Source of the DNA: Planctomycetota bacterium
Lineage (GTDB): Bacteria > Planctomycetota > B15-G4
Reading direction: 5' to 3'
Assembly: GCA_965248575.1 (NCBI GenBank)
Contig: CBDFJQ010000002.1
Coordinates: 2,720,001 to 2,784,000 of the forward strand
Length of the DNA stretch: 64,000 bases
Shown here: in pieces, positions 27,270-37,248 of the stretch
Layout of the letters: every line of letters begins with the position of its first letter
Numbering within the stretch: the first letter of the stretch is position 1
Made by a program: the position numbers and the translations under genes
Notes under the pieces: generated by a model
The model's input: the letters and a program-made list of their open reading frames with translations, nothing else
The model's database searches: none
Told to the model about the DNA's origin: nothing

Positions 27270-28604
27270 ATGGCCCCCCGTCGTCGCCCTCGCCGCCGCC
27301 GACTGGGCTTGGTGTTGGCCCTCGCACTCGCTGCCGTGGCGTCCGTGGAGTTGGTGCTGCACCTCAAACCCACGGCCTTGCCGGCCTGGTACCGGGAGCA
27401 GTTCCCGGTCATGGGGGTGGAGTTCGTTCAGCCCGGGATCCTTTCGCAAACGCCCATCGAGGGCTACCCGGTGCCAGGGCCCCAGCGCTCCTACGCGGGG
27501 CCGCCGCCCGCAGGCCTGATCGCCCCGACCCCGCTGGTGGACCCGGCCGCCAACCCCGACCCCCTGCGTTACCCGCGGGTGGTGATGCCCATCGACGCCA
27601 AGGGCTTCCCCAACGAGCGGATCCCCGAGCGCGCGGACATCCTCTTCGTGGGGGATTCCTTCACGTTCGCCACGGGCGGCACGGACCCGGCCTGCCTGCA
27701 ACCCCTGCTGGCCGACTCGGGCGGCTGGAGCATCTACAACCTCGGCATCCCCGGCATCGGCCCCATCCGCGAGCGTTGGCTCATGGAGACCCAGGGCCTG
27801 CCGCTGCAACCCAAGGCCGTGGTCTGGTTCTTCTTCGGTGGCAACGACTTCAGCGACGTGGAGAAGACCCAGGCACGCCTCGACACCGGCGCGAAGGTCT
27901 ACACCGACAACCCTGCCTACGAAGCCGTGCCGAACTTCCTGCTGGCTGACTTTCTCATGCGCTGGTTCGACACCCTGGGTGCCGAGGAACGGGTGCGCCC
28001 ACGCATGACCTACGGCGCGCGCTTGGGACGCGGACCCGACGCCGATGTCGACGTCTGGTTCTCACCGCTCTACGTGCGTCTGATGCTCACGGACCGGCCG
28101 GGCTGGAAGCGGCGCACGGGCTGGGAGCTCTTCAGCCGCGAGCTCAAAGCCGCCAAGGCCGCCTTGGACGAGCGAGGCATCCCCATGCTGCTCGTGTATG
28201 TGCCCACCAAGGTGGAGGCCCTGCTGCCGGTGCTGCTGGAGAACGCTGCCGCCCAGGGAGCCCTCGCACCGGGCGACGCACAGGACGGCGCGTCGAGCAG
28301 CTCCCCGCTCGACCCCCTCTGGGACATGGTGACGCTCAACCTGAAAGAGGAGAGCCCCATCTCCAAGCAGGAGTTCTTCGACGCCATCCAACTCAACATC
28401 GGTGTGCTCGACACCCAGGTGAGCAACCTCTGCCGACAGAACAAGATCGCTTACTTTTCGGCGACGGCGCCCCTGCGGCAACTGGCCTCGCAGGGTCGGC
28501 TGCCGTATCTCTCCGCCGACACCCACTGGAACGATCGGGGTCAAGCAGCCTTGGTGGAACCGTTGCGAGAGGCGTTGATCGAGCTCGGCCTGGAGGCGCG
28601 CTAG
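27270..28604 (+). CDS. SGNH-fold (AlgJ/AlgX-like) O-acetyltransferase/hydrolase, membrane-anchored
   Basis: N-terminal TM helix; VGDSF, NLGIPG, GGND and DTHWN blocks. Confidence 0.8.
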   Translation: MAPRRRPRRRRLGLVLALALAAVASVELVLHLKPTALPAWYREQFPVMGVEFVQPGILSQTPIEGYPVPGPQRSYAGPPPAGLIAPTPLVDPAANPDPLRYPRVVMPIDAKGFPNERIPERADILFVGDSFTFATGGTDPACLQPLLADSGGWSIYNLGIPGIGPIRERWLMETQGLPLQPKAVVWFFFGGNDFSDVEKTQARLDTGAKVYTDNPAYEAVPNFLLADFLMRWFDTLGAEERVRPRMTYGARLGRGPDADVDVWFSPLYVRLMLTDRPGWKRRTGWELFSRELKAAKAALDERGIPMLLVYVPTKVEALLPVLLENAAAQGALAPGDAQDGASSSSPLDPLWDMVTLNLKEESPISKQEFFDAIQLNIGVLDTQVSNLCRQNKIAYFSATAPLRQLASQGRLPYLSADTHWNDRGQAALVEPLREALIELGLEAR

Positions 28605-28647
28605 CAACCCGAGGCCCAGAGTTGGCTTGGGAGACTCGTCACGCCTC

Positions 28648-28681
28648 AGTGCACGTGTAAGTGCACGTGTAAGTGCACGTG
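28648..28681. repeat. 12-bp tandem repeat AGTGCACGTGTA, about 3 copies
   Basis: Copies at 28648, 28660 and 28672 (last partial); each contains overlapping GTGCAC and CACGTG palindromes; intergenic. Confidence 0.85.
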
Positions 28682-28896
28682 CAGACGCGCCAGGAGGCCT
28701 GGACGGCTCCGTTCCACCTCCGACTTGGTGACGCGCACGACGAGGGTTCTCACGACCCCGATTTCCCGCGATACACCGCCCCCCGCCTGGCAACAGGCTT
28801 CACAGCTTCGCCCTCTTGGGGAGGTGGGAAGCCATGGTGCCTCTGGGGAGGGCCTCTCAAGCGCCTATATGTTTCGTGAGGCTCGGGAGAAGAGTG

Positions 28897-29235
28897 ATGG
28901 CCAGTTTGATGAAATCACTGACAGCTTTAGTCGTGCTCGGATTGCTCGCCCTGAGTTGTGCCGAGGCTCATGTTGGATATAGCAGCGGCGGATGGATGCT
29001 ACATATCGTCGGGAAGGACGGCGCAATCATCGTGGCGGAGGGGCTGGAAGACGCCAAGAACCAGGTGTTCGAGTACGTCAAGGAGCTTCAAGCACAGGTT
29101 CCCAAGGACCAGGAAGCGATCGACGACTGGGAGTTGACGTACAGTGAGATCCTGAAGAAGAAGACGGGTTCGCGCACCGACGGCACTGCCAACAGCGAAT
29201 CCATGAAGAAGGGGAGCGTTGGAAAGCCCAAGTGA
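28897..29235 (+). CDS. Small secreted hypothetical protein (~112 aa)
   Basis: GGGAG RBS, signal peptide MKSLTALVVLGLLALSCAEA; stop overlaps the next start (TGATG). Confidence 0.6.
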   Translation: MASLMKSLTALVVLGLLALSCAEAHVGYSSGGWMLHIVGKDGAIIVAEGLEDAKNQVFEYVKELQAQVPKDQEAIDDWELTYSEILKKKTGSRTDGTANSESMKKGSVGKPK

Positions 29236-31160
29236 TGAAACGAGAGCCTGAATCGGCACGCGTTCGTTGGTCCGCCGTTGCGGTGCTCATGATCGTCACG
29301 GCAGTGCTGGTCGTGATGTTCCAGCAGGACGCCGCCACCCCGGATCCTGTGATCGTCTCACTCGCTGACTTTGCGCGAGGGGAGCTCTCACCGGAACCTC
29401 TTGAACGAACCCATCCGACTGCGATCACGCAAGAGCCTTCCAAGCTCAACGCCGCACCCATCGGCTCGGCCGATTGGATGGTTGTGTCATTGCAGCAGAG
29501 CCTACGGGACATCGTGCAGCGACTGCGCGAGATACCAGACCAGGACCTGGATGAGTTGTTCGGCAACTACTCTTCCAGTGACCTTCGAGACACGAAGATT
29601 GGCCGCTCCCTGAGCGAGCTGAATACACGACACAGCGACCTGCACTGGGAGCAATGCCTTCAGCTAGCCAGAGAGGCTGACTCGAAACTGGGGGCGCTTC
29701 CCAATGAATCCGGAAAGCCAAATGTCACTCAAGAGATCTGGGAGCGGGCGTCGGAAGTGCTCGCCTCGACAGACGACGATCTCACGGGCGAGTGGTGCAC
29801 CACTTTAGAATCCCTCTCGTCCTCCCGTATCACGACGGTTCTTGTCTTCTTCGAACCCGGACCTGGGGATCGGGAGCGGCGCTTCTACGAGGCACTTTGG
29901 GTGGTGCTGCTCCGAACCGTTGCAACTCAAGATGAACGGGTCGGCGAACACCTGATCTACCCGCTCAGCTTCGCGATGGTGAAACAGGAAATCACGCCCT
30001 ACAACCTCTGGCGGGAAGCCACGGACTCGGGGATGACGGAGCTCACCAAGGATGTCTACATCTGGTTGGTGCTCTTCCCCGTCGAGCAAGTCGAGCCGTT
30101 GCTCCTGAGCGGCCTGCGCGACCCACGCCGCCTTGTCCACTTTGGCGCCATGGAGGCGGTGCGCTACTACGGCGAAAAAGGCCTGATCGACACGGCCTTC
30201 TACGCCCAGGAGCTGGTGGCCATCGCTATCGCCACGCCGAAAGACAGCCTCTATTACTTGGAGGCCATCGCCGCCATCGGTGAGGTCGACCCCGCCCTGC
30301 TCGATCTGGTGGCCCACGGTGTCGACGCCACGCTGCGCAACTACGCAGCCGGTTTCTATGTCGGCGAGGTCGACCCAGAGACGGCTCGTCGCGCCATCAT
30401 CTCCTGGATCTCCGACGTCGAGCTGGCCGAGGCCGGTTTCGTCGCCCTGGGAACCCTGCCCGGAGAAGCAGCCGACGAACTGCTGCACGATCTGGCTGAT
30501 GAATCTTCTGACGATCTCACCCTCGCCCGCGTCCTGCAGGCCATGAGCGGACGCGGACCAGAGTTCGCAACCGAGTTGGCAGCCGCCGTGCGCTCACGAA
30601 ATGAAACCGTGCGGCGCATGGCCACCGAAGGCCTGCTGACCCTGGCCGCAAACGGCCGCGGCACAGGAGCTTCCGCGCATCTGGTCTCGTCCGGCCTGCA
30701 AGAAGTCGCCCTGCATGACTCCAACAACGAGTTGCGGGAGCGGGCGCTGTTCGGCCTGGCGCTGAACGGATCGCCCGCAGATCAGGAGTTCCTGAAGGAC
30801 CGATTTCTGAGCGAGCCCGACTCCATGGTGCGCGCCGTGGCAGGCGGCATGGTGCTGCTGTCAGCAGGTGATGACCCAGACGAACGCGCCTGGGCCCAAG
30901 ATGTGGTGGCCGGCGAGTCGTTCCTGGTTCGCAGGGGTCTCAACGAGCTGATCGCCACCCTGTCGGACGAAGGCGAACGCAACGGGCTGCTTCGTTCGCT
31001 GGATGCCGAGGCAACCCCCATCCGGCTAGCAAGCGGGATCATCGACGAGAAGGCCATGGCCAAGAACCCGTTGAGCACCCAGCTTGCGATGATTGAGTCG
31101 GTGAAGAGCGCGCTCTTGGGGTGGGAGGAAGACGCCACGGCGCAGCTGCTGGTGAAGTAG
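29235..31160 (+). CDS. Membrane-anchored HEAT-repeat-like protein
   Basis: N-terminal TM helix; helical repeats such as NETVRRMATEGL, NELRERALFGLA and DSMVRAVA. Confidence 0.7.
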   Translation: MKREPESARVRWSAVAVLMIVTAVLVVMFQQDAATPDPVIVSLADFARGELSPEPLERTHPTAITQEPSKLNAAPIGSADWMVVSLQQSLRDIVQRLREIPDQDLDELFGNYSSSDLRDTKIGRSLSELNTRHSDLHWEQCLQLAREADSKLGALPNESGKPNVTQEIWERASEVLASTDDDLTGEWCTTLESLSSSRITTVLVFFEPGPGDRERRFYEALWVVLLRTVATQDERVGEHLIYPLSFAMVKQEITPYNLWREATDSGMTELTKDVYIWLVLFPVEQVEPLLLSGLRDPRRLVHFGAMEAVRYYGEKGLIDTAFYAQELVAIAIATPKDSLYYLEAIAAIGEVDPALLDLVAHGVDATLRNYAAGFYVGEVDPETARRAIISWISDVELAEAGFVALGTLPGEAADELLHDLADESSDDLTLARVLQAMSGRGPEFATELAAAVRSRNETVRRMATEGLLTLAANGRGTGASAHLVSSGLQEVALHDSNNELRERALFGLALNGSPADQEFLKDRFLSEPDSMVRAVAGGMVLLSAGDDPDERAWAQDVVAGESFLVRRGLNELIATLSDEGERNGLLRSLDAEATPIRLASGIIDEKAMAKNPLSTQLAMIESVKSALLGWEEDATAQLLVK

Positions 31161-31173
31161 GCCGCGCCGCGCG

Positions 31174-32265
31174 CTACATCGGCCGCAGCCAGCGCTCCCA
31201 AGGGTTCTTGCCCGGGAAGATCAGCCGCTCGGGCTCCGGCGCCAACAGCTCGGCGATCTCCTGCTCGATGCGGAAGGCGCACTTGAGTGTCACGTTCGCC
31301 ACGGCGTGCAAGGCGTTGGCGTCTCCCGGCCCCATGACCAGCGCCAGGCTTCGGCCGTCATTCGAGTGCAACACCACCCGGGCCTGCGGCGTCTCCATCC
31401 CGTACTCACCCAGGCGCGAGGGGTCGAGGACGCGTTCCCAGGGAGCGAGCCGCAGGAACGAAAGGTAGGAGATGGCGAGCACCGGGTTCACCGATTGCTC
31501 CTGGCCGTCCGGCGGCACGAGCACCCAGCGGATGCCCGAGCTCCCCATCGCCGCTTCGGTGGGAGTGACCTCCGTCGTGCGCATCGCCAGCGCGTAGCGC
31601 GTCCCGTCCGAACGCTCCACGTCGACACCCACCACCGTCCGGCCGTCACCGGGGAAGGAGGAGGGCACCAGGCTTGGCTCGAGCATCGGCGCTGTGGCCG
31701 CACCCGTACCGGCGCGACTCGGGCCGCCCCCATCCAGGACCGCGCGCGGGTTGGTGTCCACTGCCCAGGTCTTGTTGTCACCGGACCGACGGATGAAGCA
31801 GCCGTCGACGCTCGTGCGCGGCAGGCCCACCTCCACTTCGAGCCGCACGTCCCGATCGGGGTCGCTCATGAGCGCCGGGCCGTGGAATTGAAGCACCCAT
31901 GTGTCGTCGGTGCCGAACCCGTACTCGCTGGCGAGGCTGGCATCCTGGCTCTGCACCACACCCCGGGCGTCACGCACCGTGTTCAGCAAGTGCGTGATGC
32001 TGCTCTCCCGGGCCGGCGTGTTGAACAAATCGAGGCAACGCCAAACCCCCTCGGTGCGACCGTACAGGAAGCTCTGGCCGCCACGGCTGACAGTCACCGC
32101 GGCCACGAGCAGCTCGTCGCTCTCCTCTTCCGACAAGAAGCGCGACACCTTCACTTGCGAGGCGCGCCGTTCGGACTCCGTGCGATCGAGGGCGCGATCG
32201 GCGACGACGAGGCTCGCCAACAGGGCCACCAGGACGACGGGCGTGCGCAGGCTGGACAGTCGCAT
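31174..32265 (-). CDS. DUF4340-like protein (fourth gene of Gld-like ABC operon 1)
   Basis: N-terminal TM helix, EYGF and EYGMETP motifs; TGATG coupling to the upstream GldG-like gene. Confidence 0.7.
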   Translation of the reverse strand: MRLSSLRTPVVLVALLASLVVADRALDRTESERRASQVKVSRFLSEEESDELLVAAVTVSRGGQSFLYGRTEGVWRCLDLFNTPARESSITHLLNTVRDARGVVQSQDASLASEYGFGTDDTWVLQFHGPALMSDPDRDVRLEVEVGLPRTSVDGCFIRRSGDNKTWAVDTNPRAVLDGGGPSRAGTGAATAPMLEPSLVPSSFPGDGRTVVGVDVERSDGTRYALAMRTTEVTPTEAAMGSSGIRWVLVPPDGQEQSVNPVLAISYLSFLRLAPWERVLDPSRLGEYGMETPQARVVLHSNDGRSLALVMGPGDANALHAVANVTLKCAFRIEQEIAELLAPEPERLIFPGKNPWERWLRPM

Positions 32266-35200
32266 CAGGCGCTCCGCCTCCACCGAGCGAAGGCCCGGAA
32301 CAGACCCATCAGGAAGTATGCCGCCGGTGCGCCGAGGATCACCGCAGCCCGCCATCGCGTGCGTTGCTCTTCGGGCAGACGGCCGAAGCCGCGCACCACT
32401 GGACGGCGCGCCACGATGGCCGCCAACTCGGGCTCGAGGGCCAGCGAGGCCACGGCATCCAGCAGCAACTGGTCACCGCGGTACTGGGGTGCCAGCTCGG
32501 CGAGGCGCGCGTCCTTGAACAGCTCGCTGCACGTGAGAAAGAGCAGCGTGCCCGAGGCGGCCTCTTCACTCGGCTCGGGCTTCAGATAGGGCTCTGGCTC
32601 CGCGCTGGAGTTCGCGCGGTAGAAGGCATCGCGAGGCCACGGGAACTGCCCCTCGAAGAGGGCACCCAGCGCCAGGGGGCCACGGGTCTGCGGCGCAGCC
32701 GTCTCCTCCCCAGTCTCATCTAACGCCCCATCCGCTGCCCCATCTGGCGCATCCACGGCCAGCGGCCCGATGAGCATCTCGTCCGGCAAGAAGCCCCCGG
32801 ACCAGGCGTAGGTCCAGGCGTCGGGGCTCGTGGTCATGAGCGTCGTGGCGCGCAGCCCGTGCTGTTGCAGCAAGGCCTCGTCCCACTCCAGAAAGCTGGC
32901 GCCGATGAAGGCCTGGTCCCCCAGCGCCGCCACGCTGGGCTCACTCTGGTTGAAGCGCGAAGCGGCCGCGCGTACCAGGAAGGGCAGCGCCGAGCGCATG
33001 CTCTTGAAGTCCCGGCGCTCCGTGACGTTCACTTGGCTCTCCAGCACCACCGGCAGGGACTCGGTGTCGAAGAGCACCTCTCGCACGAGCTGGATTCCCA
33101 CCTCGGGAAACCACAGGGTCTCGACATCCGTGGTCTGGGGCCGGGGCCAGTAGACGAACTCGAAGTTCGCCCCGCGGAACTGCTGCGGTTGGATGTTGAA
33201 GTGCTGGGCCGCAAGCAGCACCCGGCCGCCGCGGTAGAGGTGGCCCACGGTGGATTCCAGCATGCGCTCCATGGGGCGCCGCGGCTGCAGCCAGATGAGG
33301 GCGTCGATGTCGTCAGGCAGTCGCCCCCGCTCCGGGTCCACGTGGGTCACCCGGAAGCCCGCCAACTCGAGCAGCTCCCGGGCCTGGCTGTACTCGTCCT
33401 TGCCCTGGGGCGAGATCAGGCCTTGGGTCTGGTAGTAGCGATGGCGCTCCGCCGCGGACAAGCGCGGCGTGTCCGAGGCGAAGGCCAGGTGCGGGCGGCG
33501 CCCAGTGCTCAGCTCGTGCAGCGCCATGGCCAGCCGGAACTCCGCGTTGTCGTAGCTGGCCACATTCGGGAATTGCAGCAGCACCTGCCGCTCGCCCGAC
33601 CGGAGGCGCAGGCTGCTCCAGGCCGTGCGCACCTCGGTCACCTCGTCGCGCTGGCTGGTGACGCGCAGCGCTTCGATGTCCTCGACTGCCAAGGCCTCTT
33701 GCTCGCCGGGCTCAAGATCCTCAGGGCGCGTGCGCTTCATGTCGAAGCCCTCACCCGCCGACACACCCACTTCGCGCATCACATCTAGTAGACGGTCGGA
33801 CGGCCGGCGAACCTCGGGAGCCAGGCGGCTGCGGTCGGAGAGGAAGACCTCCACCTGCAGACCCTCGGCACCCGCCACCCGCGCCGCCAGCTCGCCGGTG
33901 TAGGGGTGCACCTGATTCACATCGTCAGCGGTGAGGTCCCATTGCCCGGAACCCGCACCCAGGAGCCCACCCAGCCCTCGCGAGACAGGGTCCGCCGCCA
34001 TCCCAAGCAACGCCACCGCCAGCATGCCGAACAGGGCACGCGGCAAGAGCACACGCCACCAACCCTGCGCCGCGCCTCGTTGCACCGGCGGCACTCCACG
34101 GCTGCGCACGAGTGCCACGACAGCCAACAACACGGGCAGCAAGCCGACGCAAAACAGGCGCCAGCCCCCGCGAGCAGCGGGGCTGATGGCAGGCACCGCC
34201 TCCGGGCGCACGATCTCCGCGCTCGCAAGCACCAGGCGGTCTGGCGAGGCGAAAGTCTGCAGCAGGCTCAGGGCCAGGCGTTCATGGGCCGTGCCCGGGG
34301 CACCAAACAACTCGTCTCGAAACGGACTGCTGGAGGCGAGCCCCACCATGGACCCGCGCCACGGGTCCTCGGGACGCAGGGCCACCATGACCGGCTGCTT
34401 CGGCACCGAAGAGCCGGCCTCCGGAGTCAGCAGGGCGAAGGGAATCGAATCGGCCTGGGTGGACTGGGTCCACGTCAGCTCGGAGGTCGTGCCCAAGACT
34501 TCTGGCGTCCAACCACCCGCGGCCAAGGCGTCGCCATCCAGCACGAAGGTGCTCGGCAACTCGAACACGAGGTTGCCGTTGGGCTCGAAGGCCAGGGAGT
34601 GGAAGTCCTGATTGTTGGCAATGCAGTTGATTCGGTGCGGTGCGGGGACGCCCGGATCGCCGAACACCTGGCAGCGCTCATCGAACACGAGGCCGTCGAA
34701 GGTGCGCAGGCCGTAGTGCCCCCAGAGCGCCTCCCCGCGATAGCCCGTCGTCCCCAGCAACAGCGAGTCCAGGCCGTCCACGTCGCCGAAGCGACCAACC
34801 CTGCGGCTCCCTGCGATGACGACGGTGCGCCCCGCATCGAGCAGCGCGTCCAACTCGTCCAGGCGCGCAGCGTCCACCGGTTGCGGGTCCATCCAAAACA
34901 GGATGTCGGCGCTCTCGGGCACGGCGTCGCCTGCGTCGAGGTCGACCCGACGCACATCGCCTCGCTCTGCCAGCCATCCTGCGAAGCCCTCGAAGCCTGC
35001 GGGCGCTGCGAAGGCGTAGACCGGTTCGCGAGGCGCCTTCATGGCCTGCAGCTGCGCCACCACGAGGGCCTGCAGCCGCGGCAGGTGCTCGTTGCCCAAG
35101 CCGGGAATCACCGCAGGAGCCCCAGGCCCGTAGGCCATGGTCAGGGTGCTCCAGATCTCTTGCTCGCTGTAGGCGTCGCGGGTGACGTGGCGCACGCGCA

Positions 35201-35567
35201 CCGGTGCGACCTTGTTGCGGGCGGCGTAGGTCTCCAGCTCGGGGTCGGAGGTGGGGTCCACGATCTGGTAGTCGAGCCGGCCGTTGGACGCAGCCTTCAT
35301 CGCGTCCAGCAAGTCGGTGACTTGCCGCTCGAGGCGCCGCAGATGGCTGGGCATCGCCTCCCGGGGGCTCACGTAGTAGGTCAGGAAGACCTGGTCGTCG
35401 AGCTGCGCGAGCCAGCTGCGGGTGGAGTCATCCAGCTGGCCGAGGCGAACGCGCCCCACTTCGAGGCGCGCACCCCGGGCGTGCTCACTGACATTCATGG
35501 CCACGCCCACGACGGCTAAGCCCAGCAACAACTCGAGCACCAGCGCAACCACTCCTCGCGCCTTCAT
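32265..35567 (-). CDS. GldG-like ABC auxiliary protein with two tandem GldG modules (~1100 aa)
   Basis: Two TM-bounded units, each with a YYVS/VFLS..L..L.EM-type domain and a VP...D.L...P...GG.VL domain; coupled to the permease gene by ATGA. Confidence 0.78.
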   Translation of the reverse strand: MKARGVVALVLELLLGLAVVGVAMNVSEHARGARLEVGRVRLGQLDDSTRSWLAQLDDQVFLTYYVSPREAMPSHLRRLERQVTDLLDAMKAASNGRLDYQIVDPTSDPELETYAARNKVAPVRVRHVTRDAYSEQEIWSTLTMAYGPGAPAVIPGLGNEHLPRLQALVVAQLQAMKAPREPVYAFAAPAGFEGFAGWLAERGDVRRVDLDAGDAVPESADILFWMDPQPVDAARLDELDALLDAGRTVVIAGSRRVGRFGDVDGLDSLLLGTTGYRGEALWGHYGLRTFDGLVFDERCQVFGDPGVPAPHRINCIANNQDFHSLAFEPNGNLVFELPSTFVLDGDALAAGGWTPEVLGTTSELTWTQSTQADSIPFALLTPEAGSSVPKQPVMVALRPEDPWRGSMVGLASSSPFRDELFGAPGTAHERLALSLLQTFASPDRLVLASAEIVRPEAVPAISPAARGGWRLFCVGLLPVLLAVVALVRSRGVPPVQRGAAQGWWRVLLPRALFGMLAVALLGMAADPVSRGLGGLLGAGSGQWDLTADDVNQVHPYTGELAARVAGAEGLQVEVFLSDRSRLAPEVRRPSDRLLDVMREVGVSAGEGFDMKRTRPEDLEPGEQEALAVEDIEALRVTSQRDEVTEVRTAWSSLRLRSGERQVLLQFPNVASYDNAEFRLAMALHELSTGRRPHLAFASDTPRLSAAERHRYYQTQGLISPQGKDEYSQARELLELAGFRVTHVDPERGRLPDDIDALIWLQPRRPMERMLESTVGHLYRGGRVLLAAQHFNIQPQQFRGANFEFVYWPRPQTTDVETLWFPEVGIQLVREVLFDTESLPVVLESQVNVTERRDFKSMRSALPFLVRAAASRFNQSEPSVAALGDQAFIGASFLEWDEALLQQHGLRATTLMTTSPDAWTYAWSGGFLPDEMLIGPLAVDAPDGAADGALDETGEETAAPQTRGPLALGALFEGQFPWPRDAFYRANSSAEPEPYLKPEPSEEAASGTLLFLTCSELFKDARLAELAPQYRGDQLLLDAVASLALEPELAAIVARRPVVRGFGRLPEEQRTRWRAAVILGAPAAYFLMGLFRAFARWRRSA

Positions 35568-36373
35568 GCCCGGTTGCGCTCCAGGGTCAGGGCCGTGAGC
35601 CACAGAAAGACCGCCGCGCTGCCGGCGAAGTAGACGAGCGCCGGCAAACCCACCACGCCGCGCACGAAGGCCTCGTAGTGGGGCATGACGGAGATGTTCT
35701 CGTACAACCACGTGCCCACAGCGAGGTCCGGAGCCAGGCCGTCTGCCACCGCCACCACGCGCTCATCACCCATGAGCACGAACAGGAAGACGCTCACGCT
35801 GGTGGTGACGAAGGCGACGATCTGGTCGCTCACCAGGGCCGACAGGAACATGCCCAAGGCGAGGAACTGCGCGCCGAAGCAGAGGATGCCCAGGTAGCCC
35901 CCCAACACGAGACCCAGGTCAGGGCTGCCGAGGGCGCTCAGCATCACGACGATGGGCAACGAGCCCGCGACCATCAGCAACAGCAGCGCCAGGGCCGCGA
36001 GGTACTTGCCAAGCACGGCCTGGATGGGCCGGATGGGCATCGTCAGCAGCATCTCGATGGTGCGTTGCTTCCGCTCCTCAGCCCACAGCCGCATGGTGAT
36101 GGCCGGCAAGAACACCGGGAGCAACAAGGGCATGAGGTCGAAGAAGCCCGTCATGTCGACGGTGCCGCTCAGGAAGAACTCGTTCATGAAGATCGAGTTG
36201 GCCAGCACCACGAAGGCGATGGTGTAGACGTAGGCGATCCAGCTGTCGAAGGAACTCGCCAATTCGCGGCGCGCGATGATGAAGGAACCCGAGAGCGCGC
36301 CCACCGATCGGGGCCGGCCGGGCGTTGAGGCCGAAGCCGAGGCACCCGATGCCTGGGTGGGGGAAGCGGTCAT
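35564..36373 (-). CDS. ABC transporter permease, GldF-like
   Basis: IARREL.S.F.S.IAYV, PAITMRLWAEERKQRTIEMLLT.P, VLGKYLA and DQIVAF. Confidence 0.88.
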   Translation of the reverse strand: MTASPTQASGASASASTPGRPRSVGALSGSFIIARRELASSFDSWIAYVYTIAFVVLANSIFMNEFFLSGTVDMTGFFDLMPLLLPVFLPAITMRLWAEERKQRTIEMLLTMPIRPIQAVLGKYLAALALLLLMVAGSLPIVVMLSALGSPDLGLVLGGYLGILCFGAQFLALGMFLSALVSDQIVAFVTTSVSVFLFVLMGDERVVAVADGLAPDLAVGTWLYENISVMPHYEAFVRGVVGLPALVYFAGSAAVFLWLTALTLERNRA

Positions 36374-37167
36374 GCCCCTGCTCCCGTCTTGGCAACCTGT
36401 GCCTGTGCGTCCGTAGCGCTGCCAGCGGACGACGGCACGGGTTGGGAGCCAGAGCGCACGATGTCGAGCACTTCCTGCTCAAGGCCGTGTCCCGCCGCAG
36501 AGGCTCGTGCTTGCATCTCTGCCAAGGACGCGTCGGCGAGCAGCTTGCCGCCGTTGATGATCAACAGGCGCTCCGAAATGCTCGAGACCTCCGCCAGGTT
36601 GTGGCTGCTGAACAGGATCGCCCGGCCCTCCGAAAGCTCGCGGATGAAGTCCCGGAACGCGACAACCTGCAGCGGGTCCAACCCGTGCGTCGGCTCGTCC
36701 AGCAGGATCACCTTCGGGTCGTGGATCAACGCAGCCGCCACCCCCACCCGCTGGCGATAGCCCTTGCTGCATTGATTGACACGCTTCTGCAAGACATCGG
36801 TGATGGAGCACTTCTCCGACACCCAGGCCATTCGCTCATCGAGCCAGGCGCCGGACACACCGCGCAAGCGCCCCACGAAGCGCAGAAAGGTCTCGACCAC
36901 CATGGTCTCGTAGAGGGCGTTGTGCTCCGTCAGATACCCCAGCTCCTGGCGCACGGCGAGCGGCTCGGACACAACATCGTGACCGGCCACCGTGATGCGC
37001 CCCGATGTGGGTGGCAACCAGGTGCACAGCATCTTGAGCAGCGTGCTCTTGCCCGCGCCGTTGGGGCCCAGGAAGCCGACGATCTCACCGGAGTCGATGT
37101 GAAAGGACACACCGTCCACGGCCGTGACGGTTCCATAGCGCTTGGTGACGTCTCGGACGTCGATCAT
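36370..37167 (-). CDS. ABC transporter ATP-binding protein, GldA-like
   Basis: Walker A GPNGAGKS, signature CSKGYRQR, Walker B ILLDEP and SSH. Confidence 0.92.
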   Translation of the reverse strand: MIDVRDVTKRYGTVTAVDGVSFHIDSGEIVGFLGPNGAGKSTLLKMLCTWLPPTSGRITVAGHDVVSEPLAVRQELGYLTEHNALYETMVVETFLRFVGRLRGVSGAWLDERMAWVSEKCSITDVLQKRVNQCSKGYRQRVGVAAALIHDPKVILLDEPTHGLDPLQVVAFRDFIRELSEGRAILFSSHNLAEVSSISERLLIINGGKLLADASLAEMQARASAAGHGLEQEVLDIVRSGSQPVPSSAGSATDAQAQVAKTGAGA

Positions 37168-37248
37168 CTGGGCACTCCGCGGATCGTTCCGACACCGGTC
37201 GGAGCAAGGCCGCGGATTATAGGAGCGCCCAAGGCGCAGCGCACTCTT

